IMG/VR virus record: IMGVR_UViG_3300020409_000753 | Span: 1-32,786 of that record | Strand: one strand, 5' to 3' | Length of the DNA: 32,786 bases | Source of the DNA: a virus | Lineage: Duplodnaviria; Caudoviricetes | In this document: piece by piece, positions 1 to 7,441 of the stretch | Layout of the letters: each line of letters begins with the position of its first letter | How positions within the stretch are numbered: position 1 is the first letter of the stretch | Notes under the pieces: model-generated | What the model was told of the DNA's origin: nothing | Databases searched by the model: none | What the model saw: the letters and a program-made list of their open reading frames with translations, nothing else | Program-made: the position numbers and the translations under genes

Positions 1-216
1 GCTTCTCTTAATATACAAGTAGATACTGGTGATGTCAATGTAGTTACCAGAGTAGGTAAAGTCAATGTCAATAGTGGTGGTGACTATAACTTAAAAGTAG
101 GTGGTAATTACACACTAACCGTTGATGGTAGCCATAGTGAAACAATCGCAGGCACTCGTACTGAAACGGTAACAGGCGACAACACAAAGACAGGTAAGAC
201 AATAAACCTAAACTAA
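1..216 (+). CDS. gp5: C-terminal end of baseplate hub / central spike protein gp5 (partial)
   Basis: Frame 1 reads ASLNIQVDTGDVNVVTRVGKVNVNSGGDYNLKVGGNYTLTVDGSHSETIAGTRTETVTGDNTKTGKTINLN*, with the 8-residue VxGxxxxx beta-helix repeats and IxLN end typical of gp5. PAAR and gp25 follow downstream. Confidence 0.85.
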   Translation, partial: ASLNIQVDTGDVNVVTRVGKVNVNSGGDYNLKVGGNYTLTVDGSHSETIAGTRTETVTGDNTKTGKTINLN

Positions 217-503
217 TCTAAAAATCCATATATAGAAAGGGCCATTTAAAACTAGGCCTGCTAGGGTAATCTATAAATGCAATAGACGATACTATACATA
301 TCCAAGACTGGCCCGCAGGGACATAACTCAGCAAATATTCTTACTTAAAGGGCACAAAAATTTTTTGGGATATTTTTTATGTCGCTAGAGTGAATATATC
401 TACAAAACAATAAATAGTTGTATCTCTAAAAAACTGGAAACTTATACATAGATGTGTAGAAACCTCCAGAGAAACCATAGAGTACACACACAAAGGATCC
501 ACA

Positions 504-758
504 ATGACGATATCGGAGCGTCTATCAAAAATCAAGCGCAAGGCGCAAAAACAGATAACTACTGATAATATAGTTGATATAAGCGTTGACTTCTTAATTC
601 TAGTATTTGATGTATTGTCTAGTCCGATATTAATAGTAATGCGTTTAGTAAGGTTTTTTATAAGAAAGTATGTTGTTGAAAAAATTAAAAGATTTGTTAA
701 GTGGTTTCTCCACAAGGTCTGTCGTATTGATAATACGCCATTGGATTGGAACGATTAA
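504..758 (+). CDS. hypothetical membrane protein
   Basis: 84-aa ORF with AAAGGA RBS upstream and a central hydrophobic segment. Confidence 0.7.
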   Translation: MTISERLSKIKRKAQKQITTDNIVDISVDFLILVFDVLSSPILIVMRLVRFFIRKYVVEKIKRFVKWFLHKVCRIDNTPLDWND

Positions 759-887
759 ATGATTACTTTTTGGATATTAGGATTTAGTATAGCGTTTATA
801 TTAAGATGTGTCTTTGCGAAACCATATAAAGATGATGAAGAGAGGTTTAAAGATAAATGGAATTGGACTGGTTTTGGCGGAGGATAG
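759..887 (+). CDS. small hypothetical membrane protein (42 aa, not in ORF track)
   Basis: MITFWILGFSIAFILRCVFAKPYKDDEERFKDKWNWTGFGGG*. ATG directly follows the stop of the previous ORF; N-terminal TM helix. Confidence 0.55.
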   Translation: MITFWILGFSIAFILRCVFAKPYKDDEERFKDKWNWTGFGGG

Positions 888-1111
888 GGCGTCTTTGTCT
901 CGGAGTTTTATCTCTATGTAAAAATGGGGCGAAACTCGTAGGGGTCTCTTATCTCTTTGCGTTTTTGTATGTTGTGATTGTTGGTACGATTACTGAAAGG
1001 TCTGACTTTAATAGACTTGTTGGAACAACAATGTTAGACGAATTTTATATAGCGTGTGGTATTGTATTTGTATTATGGAGTGTATTAAGGATTTTAAACT
1101 CCCATAAATAA
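857..1111 (+). CDS. hypothetical membrane protein (two TM segments)
   Basis: 84-aa ORF, GAGG upstream, two hydrophobic stretches. Confidence 0.6.
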   Translation: MELDWFWRRIGRLCLGVLSLCKNGAKLVGVSYLFAFLYVVIVGTITERSDFNRLVGTTMLDEFYIACGIVFVLWSVLRILNSHK

Positions 1112-1115
1112 TTAT

Positions 1116-1292
1116 ATGACTAAATTAGTTTTAATACTTTGTGGAATTAACACAATCGCTATATTGTTTTTGTGTTGGAACGCATATATGCAAATAGAAA
1201 GTTCAGGACATATGTGGAATATGTTTCAGGACTTTGAACGATTACTCATTGATATATTACAAGGTAGAATAACAGAAACGGAATCAGTATGA
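1116..1292 (+). CDS. small hypothetical membrane protein (58 aa, not in ORF track)
   Basis: MTKLVLILCGINTIAILFLCWNAYMQIESSGHMWNMFQDFERLLIDILQGRITETESV*. Its TGA overlaps the iscA start (ATGA). Confidence 0.6.
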   Translation: MTKLVLILCGINTIAILFLCWNAYMQIESSGHMWNMFQDFERLLIDILQGRITETESV

Positions 1293-1612
1293 GTTTAATT
1301 AATCTTACAGATACAGCAAAAACACATTTAATCGCACTTGCAAAAGAACACAATAAAAAGTATGTTCGTTTAGAAGTTAAAGGTGGTGGTTGTGCTGGTT
1401 TTAAATATGACTGGTCTTTTGATGATGAACCAAGTAAAGATGACGAAAAGTTAGACTTTAACGAATTTAGTTTACTTGTAGATAAATCAAGTTTATTGAT
1501 GTTATCAGGAATGACTATTGAATATAAGAAAGAAATATTTGGTAGTTTTTTAGAATTAAAAAATCCCAACGCAACAAGTAGTTGTGGTTGTGGTGAAAGT
1601 TTTGGTGTATAA
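1289..1612 (+). CDS. iscA: A-type iron-sulfur cluster carrier (IscA/HesB/SufA family)
   Basis: Signature motifs VKGGGCAGFKY and NPNATSSCGCGESF. Confidence 0.93.
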   Translation: MSLINLTDTAKTHLIALAKEHNKKYVRLEVKGGGCAGFKYDWSFDDEPSKDDEKLDFNEFSLLVDKSSLLMLSGMTIEYKKEIFGSFLELKNPNATSSCGCGESFGV

Positions 1613-1911
1613 TGAATTACGATAGAAAGAAACAAGAAGAATTACTTTACAATGAAAAAGTAAGACAAGCCAATATGCAATCAGACGCAATAGAAATGTC
1701 TAATATGATACCTTTAGAAAAAGACTACAAATATCAAATGAGTTTGATGAAAAAACAACTTCAAATGATATTAGATGATAATAGAGGTTCTTCTGATTTA
1801 GATAAACAAATTGCAGTATTAACTGCTCAAAATAATATCTTACAGAAAGAGAAAGAGTTTCTATTAGAGACATTACGAGAGAACGGCATATTGACAACTG
1901 AATTAGAATAG
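1612..1911 (+). CDS. hypothetical coiled-coil protein
   Basis: 99 aa, TAATG-coupled to iscA; heptad-like C-terminal half. Confidence 0.7.
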   Translation: MNYDRKKQEELLYNEKVRQANMQSDAIEMSNMIPLEKDYKYQMSLMKKQLQMILDDNRGSSDLDKQIAVLTAQNNILQKEKEFLLETLRENGILTTELE

Positions 1912-1925
1912 TATAAGATATAGTT

Positions 1926-2708
1926 ATGACAAAAATGAGAGACAAAACCGTCTTGCCTCAACTAGTTGGTGTAAACAAAGACGGCAAAGATATTAACGGC
2001 GAAGTATTATATCCTTTTGGTCCACCTGTTTATAGAACAGAAATAGACGATAACATTTTACAGATGTTAATTGATGAAGGTAAAAGAATACGAGAGCAAA
2101 ATCATAAAGAACAAGACCATAGAAATCATTTAGCAGGTCATATGGGTGCTTCAAAAGATAGCACTTCTGTAAGATTTGATAAAGGAGAAATTCGTAATCG
2201 TGCTGATATGGCGATTGTTCAAAAGGTATTTGAGTTCTTTGATATACTTGCAGCTAACTATGGTCAAGGTTGGCCTAATATTCATAAGACACTATCTCCA
2301 GATAATAAACCTAATGTGTTAAGATTAGACCAGTTATGGATTAACTTTCAACACAAATACGATTTTAATCCACCACACGACCATAGTGGTGTTTTTAGTT
2401 TTGTAATGTTTGGTGATATAGACGAAAAGATATTTACTGAAAATGTACCACCTACTAATGCAAATGTATCAGGTAAATTATGTTTTACATATGGCGAACA
2501 AATTACAAAATTACAAGCAAATAGTTTTACGGTAGAACCTTATAGAGGTTTGATGTGTGTTTTTCCTGCTTCACTTCAACACTATGTAGCACCTTTCTAT
2601 ACTGACTATGAAAGAATAAGTATTAGTGGTAACTACATACTAGAAAGTCCAGGTCAAAATGTTAAACCTTTGACAAGAGAACAATCACAAAAATTAAATT
2701 TAGTATAA
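1926..2708 (+). CDS. putative 2OG-Fe(II) oxygenase (phage TIGR02466-like)
   Basis: WINFQ...NPPHDHSG (HxH), FPASLQHYV (distal His) and RISISGN motifs typical of this marine-phage family. Confidence 0.8.
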   Translation: MTKMRDKTVLPQLVGVNKDGKDINGEVLYPFGPPVYRTEIDDNILQMLIDEGKRIREQNHKEQDHRNHLAGHMGASKDSTSVRFDKGEIRNRADMAIVQKVFEFFDILAANYGQGWPNIHKTLSPDNKPNVLRLDQLWINFQHKYDFNPPHDHSGVFSFVMFGDIDEKIFTENVPPTNANVSGKLCFTYGEQITKLQANSFTVEPYRGLMCVFPASLQHYVAPFYTDYERISISGNYILESPGQNVKPLTREQSQKLNLV

Positions 2709-2770
2709 TGACTTACGAAGCAATAGTAATTACAATATTTGTGTCTTTATGGATTATGGGGCAGTTTTAA
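2708..2770 (+). CDS. 20-aa hydrophobic micro-peptide
   Basis: MTYEAIVITIFVSLWIMGQF*; TAATG overlaps at both ends (2706-2710 and 2768-2772). Confidence 0.5.
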   Translation: MTYEAIVITIFVSLWIMGQF

Positions 2771-3045
2771 TGGATACAGAAACAATAGAAAAGATAAAAT
2801 TTATTTTAAAAGATAAAGTAGCACCATCAGTTGCAGCTCACGGTGGTAAAATTGAATTTAAATCTTTTGAAGATGGTAAATTAAAACTTATGATGTCAGG
2901 TAGTTGCGCTGGTTGTGCTATGTCTCAACTTACTTTAAAACAAGGAGTTGAAAGTATGATGAAACATTATGTACCAGAGGTCACTCATATAGAAAGTGAA
3001 GATGACCCAACAGCAAAGGAACAAGGTTATACACCTTGGGCATAA
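2770..3045 (+). CDS. NifU/NfuA C-terminal domain Fe-S scaffold/carrier
   Basis: VAPSVAAHGGKI...GSCAGCAMSQLTLKQGVESMMKHYVPEV is the NifU-domain CxxC signature. Start moved from 2749 to the coupled ATG at 2770. Confidence 0.9.
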   Translation: MDTETIEKIKFILKDKVAPSVAAHGGKIEFKSFEDGKLKLMMSGSCAGCAMSQLTLKQGVESMMKHYVPEVTHIESEDDPTAKEQGYTPWA

Positions 3046-3048
3046 TAA

Positions 3049-3342
3049 ATGCAATCACAAAGAAAAAGAAGTTTACTAAAGACCTTAACTTGGCGTATTT
3101 TAGCAACTAGTGATACATTTCTAATTTCTTATTTAATTACAGGCAGATTTGATTTTGCAGGTGCAATCGCAGGTATAGAAGTAATAACAAAAATGTTTCT
3201 ATATTATATGCACGAAAGAGGTTGGGATAAAGTTAAGTTTGGTCGTAGTGTTAATGAACAACACACTCACATATTTCCTGATTTCAACGAAGTAAAAGTT
3301 GAAAAACAGGAAAGATGGATGAATATTAAACCTAAAAAATAA
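3049..3342 (+). CDS. DUF2061-family membrane protein
   Basis: RSLLKTLTWRILAT...ITG...AGAIAGIEVITKMFLYYMHERGW matches the DUF2061 pattern. Confidence 0.85.
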   Translation: MQSQRKRSLLKTLTWRILATSDTFLISYLITGRFDFAGAIAGIEVITKMFLYYMHERGWDKVKFGRSVNEQHTHIFPDFNEVKVEKQERWMNIKPKK

Positions 3343-3621
3343 TTAAGACGCTAACTTCATTAAAGAATAAGGCACGGTCCACTTACCACGACCATCTTCC
3401 ATAACAACAGCTTTCTTAGGATTACATTTAACAATAACACCTTTGTGTTGTTTACCATTAGGTCTGCCAAATATTACTTTAGCACCAACAGCAAATTTGT
3501 TAATGTCTTCAGCTTTTGCTTTTGCAATACAAGCCTCAACAATGTATAAGTGTTCTTTATGACTAGGTTCTCTAATCCACTCTAACACTTTGTTTAAATC
3601 ATTAAATTTCACTTCTGACAT
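3343..3621 (-). CDS. hypothetical protein with SH3-like C-terminal barrel
   Basis: AGGAG RBS; FAVGAKVIF...GVIVKCNPKKAVV...WTVPYSLM pattern. Confidence 0.8.
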   Translation of the reverse strand: MSEVKFNDLNKVLEWIREPSHKEHLYIVEACIAKAKAEDINKFAVGAKVIFGRPNGKQHKGVIVKCNPKKAVVMEDGRGKWTVPYSLMKLAS

Positions 3622-3633
3622 AATATACTCCTT

Positions 3634-3999
3634 TTAGTTAAGATATAAAGGTCCTGTCCATTGGATCATATAGTTTCCAGAAAGAACATTTCCTCTAGGT
3701 TGATTTAATGCAGGTGCATTGTAACCAGCAGGTTTCAATATATCACCTTTTTTAAAATGTTTAAAGTCTTCTTTTACGATAAATGCAAATACACCATTTT
3801 CTCTTACAACTTTAATGTATTTCTTTCCTTGAGAAACTTTAATTAAAGAATCCCATTTATCAACTTGTTCTTTTGAATAACCAGTAAGTTCTTTTCTACC
3901 ATCAGAAGTAGAACATCTTACATAGTCTTGTTTAGCACCTTCCATCAGGTTCTTAACACCTTCTTCTAGTGTTTTAGCAGTTTGATTTACTTTTATCAT
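3634..3999 (-). CDS. conserved hypothetical phage early protein
   Basis: GGAGA RBS; GKKYIKV...VFAFI...GDILKPAGYNAPA...RGNV...WTGPLYL resembles a widespread phage hypothetical family. Confidence 0.8.
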   Translation of the reverse strand: MIKVNQTAKTLEEGVKNLMEGAKQDYVRCSTSDGRKELTGYSKEQVDKWDSLIKVSQGKKYIKVVRENGVFAFIVKEDFKHFKKGDILKPAGYNAPALNQPRGNVLSGNYMIQWTGPLYLN

Positions 4000-4013
4000 A
4001 GTGTTTATTCTCC

Positions 4014-4202
4014 CTATTTGTTGTTTTCAATGTCTTTTGCTTGAAAATAAAAAGTTGCAATCGCTGAAACTATCGTAATTGCGAACATTACGAAAAACAT
4101 TGTCCAGTTTTCTTGTCCTAAACAATGACCACCGCAATCTTCTATTGCACCTACAGCCATTATTGCACTTAATATAGTGATTATTGAAAAAAATGATGTC
4201 AT
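4014..4202 (-). CDS. small two-TM membrane protein
   Basis: Start placed at 4202 after AAAGGA RBS; two hydrophobic helices with a CGGHC loop. Confidence 0.7.
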   Translation of the reverse strand: MTSFFSIITILSAIMAVGAIEDCGGHCLGQENWTMFFVMFAITIVSAIATFYFQAKDIENNK

Positions 4203-4241
4203 TTTTTGTCCTTTCATAGTGTTTGTTAACATATACATACT

Positions 4242-4270
4242 AATATACCATAGTTAACGAAAGGTGTCAA
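4242..4270 (-). promoter_or_regulatory. sigma70-type early promoter
   Basis: Minus strand: TTGACA (4270-4265), 17-bp spacer, TGG-TATATT extended -10 (4247-4242), with A/T tracts upstream. Confidence 0.8.
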
Positions 4271-4277
4271 GCAAAAA

Positions 4278-4478
4278 ATGAGCATTTTTTCAAAAAAATA
4301 CATAATTTTTGCGTTTTTTGTACTATTTTTGTTCTCTGGATGTTCTTTTAAGTTTACAGATTGCAAAATTTTCCCCAATATTGAAGATAATCCCATTGAC
4401 AATAAGTTTCAAAGAGAAAGTATTAAAAAAACTTTAAAACAAGGCGGTGTTTACACGCAATTTAAATGTAATTTCTAA
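4278..4478 (+). CDS. possible small lipoprotein
   Basis: Basic N-terminus, hydrophobic core and LFSGC lipobox-like motif. No clear RBS, and it overlaps the AT-rich upstream region of the divergent promoter. Confidence 0.45.
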   Translation: MSIFSKKYIIFAFFVLFLFSGCSFKFTDCKIFPNIEDNPIDNKFQRESIKKTLKQGGVYTQFKCNF

Positions 4479-4485
4479 AAAAGAC

Positions 4486-4493
4486 CATAAATA
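4486..4493 (+). promoter_or_regulatory. late promoter variant CATAAATA
   Basis: One mismatch to TATAAATA, intergenic, just upstream of the GGGAGG RBS at the head of the baseplate module. Confidence 0.55.
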
Positions 4494-4514
4494 TAGAAAA
4501 AGAATGGGAGGTTT

Positions 4515-4664
4515 ATGGCAAGAAAAGGAATTTTTGGCATAAGTTTATATACTAAATCAAAACCGAAGAAGACAAGTCAAGGAAAACGAAAAAGAATGGT
4601 TAAATTTAGTTCAATGAACAAGTCTAAAAAGAGAAGTTGGAAGGCTTATAGAGGACAGGGTTAA
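4515..4664 (+). CDS. small highly basic protein (49 aa, not in ORF track)
   Basis: MARKGIFGISLYTKSKPKKTSQGKRKRMVKFSSMNKSKKRSWKAYRGQG*. GGAGG RBS, TAATG coupling to the next ORF; KKTSQG...YRGQG resembles a small protein of marine T4-like phages. Confidence 0.8.
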   Translation: MARKGIFGISLYTKSKPKKTSQGKRKRMVKFSSMNKSKKRSWKAYRGQG

Positions 4665-4873
4665 TGGAAGGCGAATTTAAGATTAAAGTAGGTAGAAGTA
4701 TCTACACTTACACTAATTTTGACGATATACCAAAAGAGATTGGTGCTGTTATTTCATTTAATCCTAAATATCCAGAAGAACCTCATACAGAAGAAGAACA
4801 TAAGTTAATAGAAACCTTTAACGACAAATTACAGGAGCTAATGAAACGGGAATGCCGTCGGTTACGAGAATAG
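4664..4873 (+). CDS. hypothetical protein preceding PAAR
   Basis: 69 aa, FDDIP...VISFNPKYPEEPHTEEEH; coupled at both ends. Confidence 0.75.
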   Translation: MEGEFKIKVGRSIYTYTNFDDIPKEIGAVISFNPKYPEEPHTEEEHKLIETFNDKLQELMKRECRRLRE

Positions 4874-5139
4874 GAGACAAAGATGTTACCCATTGTAGTA
4901 CACCTGCAAGAGCAGAAGGTTCGCCTAATGTGTTTTGCAATGGTATTGCAATAAGTAGACAAGGTGATAATAATACTTCACACTTGTTACCACCTGTTCC
5001 TTGCCCTGCACACTCAGCACCTATAGCAACTGGTAGTACTACGGTATTTGTAAATGGTAAAGGTTGTGGTCGTGTAGGTGACGCAATATCGGGTTGTACA
5101 AGTGTTGCTGAAGGTTCGCCTAATGTGTTTGCTGGTTAG
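4852..5139 (+). CDS. PAAR-domain spike tip protein (gp5.4-like)
   Basis: RIGD, RQGD and RVGD repeats; GSPNVF/GSTTVF repeats; His/Cys candidate Zn ligands. Confidence 0.92.
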   Translation: MPSVTRIGDKDVTHCSTPARAEGSPNVFCNGIAISRQGDNNTSHLLPPVPCPAHSAPIATGSTTVFVNGKGCGRVGDAISGCTSVAEGSPNVFAG

Positions 5140-5141
5140 TG

Positions 5142-5149
5142 TATAAATA
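5142..5149 (+). promoter_or_regulatory. T4-type late promoter TATAAATA
   Basis: Exact consensus 8 nt upstream of the gp25 ATG. Confidence 0.8.
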
Positions 5150-5157
5150 TTAGTGTT

Positions 5158-5583
5158 ATGGCAAACTATGATAGTAAATCTTCAACTAGTAAAGACAGGG
5201 TAACCAGGATATATTCTGATTTAGACCTTGATTTTATGCGTAATCATACGACAAGCGATTTAACAAAGTTAGAAGATGTTGAAGCTGTAAAAAGAAGTGT
5301 TAAAAATTTAATACAAACAAATCATTATGAGAGACCTTTTCATCCTGAAATAGGTAGTGATGTAAGAGCATTGTTATTTGAAAATATGACACCTCTTACT
5401 GCATTAAATTTAGAAAGAAAAGTACAAGAGGTTTTACAAAACTTTGAACCTAGAGCAAAGATAAGTTCAGTTATAGCAGAACCTATTGAAGATAGAAATG
5501 CTTATCATTTACAAATTTCTTTCTATGTTGTAGGTATACAGACACCAGTTGTCGTAGAAACATTTTTACAAAGGTTAAGATAA
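5158..5583 (+). CDS. gp25: baseplate wedge subunit gp25
   Basis: YSDLDLDF...AVKRSVKNLIQTNHYERPFHPEIGS...LFE...FEPR. Confidence 0.95.
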   Translation: MANYDSKSSTSKDRVTRIYSDLDLDFMRNHTTSDLTKLEDVEAVKRSVKNLIQTNHYERPFHPEIGSDVRALLFENMTPLTALNLERKVQEVLQNFEPRAKISSVIAEPIEDRNAYHLQISFYVVGIQTPVVVETFLQRLR

Positions 5584-5584
5584 A

Positions 5585-7438
5585 ATGGCAAGCACAAAAT
5601 TAGACATATCAGAATTAGACTTTGACGCAATTAAAGTAAATCTAAAAAACTTTCTATCTAAACAAGCAGAATTTTCAGACTATAACTTTGAAGGTTCAGG
5701 TTTTGCAATTCTAATTGATTTACTAGCATACAATACACACTATCTTGGTTTCAATGCTAATATGTTAGCAAATGAAATGTATCTGGACTCAGCAGATATA
5801 AGAGCAAATGTAGTTTCACTTGCTAAGATGTTAGGTTATACTCCTTCTTCTGCAAAAGCACCAGTTGCTTCAGTTGACATTGTTGTTAATGACGCAACAG
5901 GAACAACTTTAAGTATGGACAAAGGACAAACATTTACAACTTCTGTAAATGGTACTACTTACAATTATATTACAAATGAAGATTTAACTATTTCACCTGT
6001 TGATGGTGTATTTAAGTTTTCAAATGTTTCTTTATATGAAGGTACACAAACAACATTTAGATATACGGTTGACGAACAAGACCCAGACCAAAAATTTATT
6101 ATACCTAGTGCTAACGCCGACACTTCTACATTAAAAGTAAAAATACAAACAAGTTTACAAGATACTAGTTCAACAACATATTCACAGGTAACAGGTTTAA
6201 CAAAATTATCTTCTGAAAGTAATATCTATTTTTTAAATGAAACAGATACAGGTAAATTTGAAGTAACCTTTGGTGATGGTATATTAGGTAGAAAACCACA
6301 ACAAGGTAATATTGTAATATTAGAATATATTGTATCTAATAAATCTTTATCAAATGGTGCAAGTACTTTTGTACCTGCAGGTTCTATTGGAGGTTTTTCA
6401 AACATTACGGTTACAGCAAATAGTGTATCGCAAGGTGGTAGTGAACCTGAAAGTAAAGAGAGTATTCGTTTTAATGCACCTTTACAATATACAGCGCAAG
6501 ACAGAGCAGTAACCACTTCTGATTATGAAACAAAAGTTTTATCTGTTTATCCTAATGCACAATCAGTTAGCGCTTGGGGCGGTGAAGATGACGAAACACC
6601 TATCTATGGTGTTGTTAAAATTGCAATTAAAGCTGCTAGTGGTTCTACATTAACTACACAAACAAAACAAGATATTATATCTAAACTAAAAGAATATAAT
6701 GTTGGTTCGGTTACACCTCAAATTGTAGACCCAGAGGTAACTTCTATTCTTTTAACAACAAATGCTAAGTATGACGCTGCCGCTACTACAAAAGATAGTG
6801 AAACATTAAAATCAGATGTTATCTCAGCATTAACAACATACAATTCAAACACACTACAAAAATTTGATAGTGTATTCAGATATTCAAAAGTAGTTAAAGC
6901 AATTGATGATAGCGATACTAGTATATTATCAAATATAACTACATTAAAAATTAGAAAGTCTTTTACACCTACATTAAATAGTTCTTTAAAATATAATGTT
7001 TATTTTAGAAACGCACTTTATAATCCTCATATGGGACATAACTCTACTATGGGTGGTATATTATCATCAACAGGATTTAAAGTTAACGGTTCTGACTTTG
7101 AACATTTTTTAGATGATGATGGTAATGGTGTTGTAAGAGCATATTATTTGTCAGGCGCAACTAGAGTTTACACAAACTCAACGCAAGGCACTATTGATTA
7201 TTCAACAGGTGCCATTACAATTAATTCATTACAAATAACAAGTATATCAAATATTAGAGGGAGTGCTTCAAGTGTAATAGAGTTAACCGTTCAACCATCT
7301 TCAAATGACATTGTTCCAGTTAGAGACCAAATACTAGAAATAGATATTGCAAACTCAACTATCAATGTTGTCAAAGATACTTTTGTAGGTGGTGCTTCAG
7401 ACGCTGGAGTTGGTTACAATACTACATCCGCATATTAA
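5585..7438 (+). CDS. gp6: baseplate wedge subunit gp6
   Basis: LDFDAIK..L...FSDYNFEGSG...LLAYNTHY, FGDGILG, QDRAVTTSDY. Confidence 0.95.
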   Translation: MASTKLDISELDFDAIKVNLKNFLSKQAEFSDYNFEGSGFAILIDLLAYNTHYLGFNANMLANEMYLDSADIRANVVSLAKMLGYTPSSAKAPVASVDIVVNDATGTTLSMDKGQTFTTSVNGTTYNYITNEDLTISPVDGVFKFSNVSLYEGTQTTFRYTVDEQDPDQKFIIPSANADTSTLKVKIQTSLQDTSSTTYSQVTGLTKLSSESNIYFLNETDTGKFEVTFGDGILGRKPQQGNIVILEYIVSNKSLSNGASTFVPAGSIGGFSNITVTANSVSQGGSEPESKESIRFNAPLQYTAQDRAVTTSDYETKVLSVYPNAQSVSAWGGEDDETPIYGVVKIAIKAASGSTLTTQTKQDIISKLKEYNVGSVTPQIVDPEVTSILLTTNAKYDAAATTKDSETLKSDVISALTTYNSNTLQKFDSVFRYSKVVKAIDDSDTSILSNITTLKIRKSFTPTLNSSLKYNVYFRNALYNPHMGHNSTMGGILSSTGFKVNGSDFEHFLDDDGNGVVRAYYLSGATRVYTNSTQGTIDYSTGAITINSLQITSISNIRGSASSVIELTVQPSSNDIVPVRDQILEIDIANSTINVVKDTFVGGASDAGVGYNTTSAY

Positions 7439-7441
7439 TAA

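Noticed and set aside
377-1945. Minus-strand ORFs 377-715, 1246-1635 and 1700-1945
   Set aside because: Antisense to coupled plus-strand genes, including the clear iscA.
4396-4426. TTGACA on the plus strand as a second sigma70 promoter
   Set aside because: No acceptable -10 at 16-18 bp spacing.
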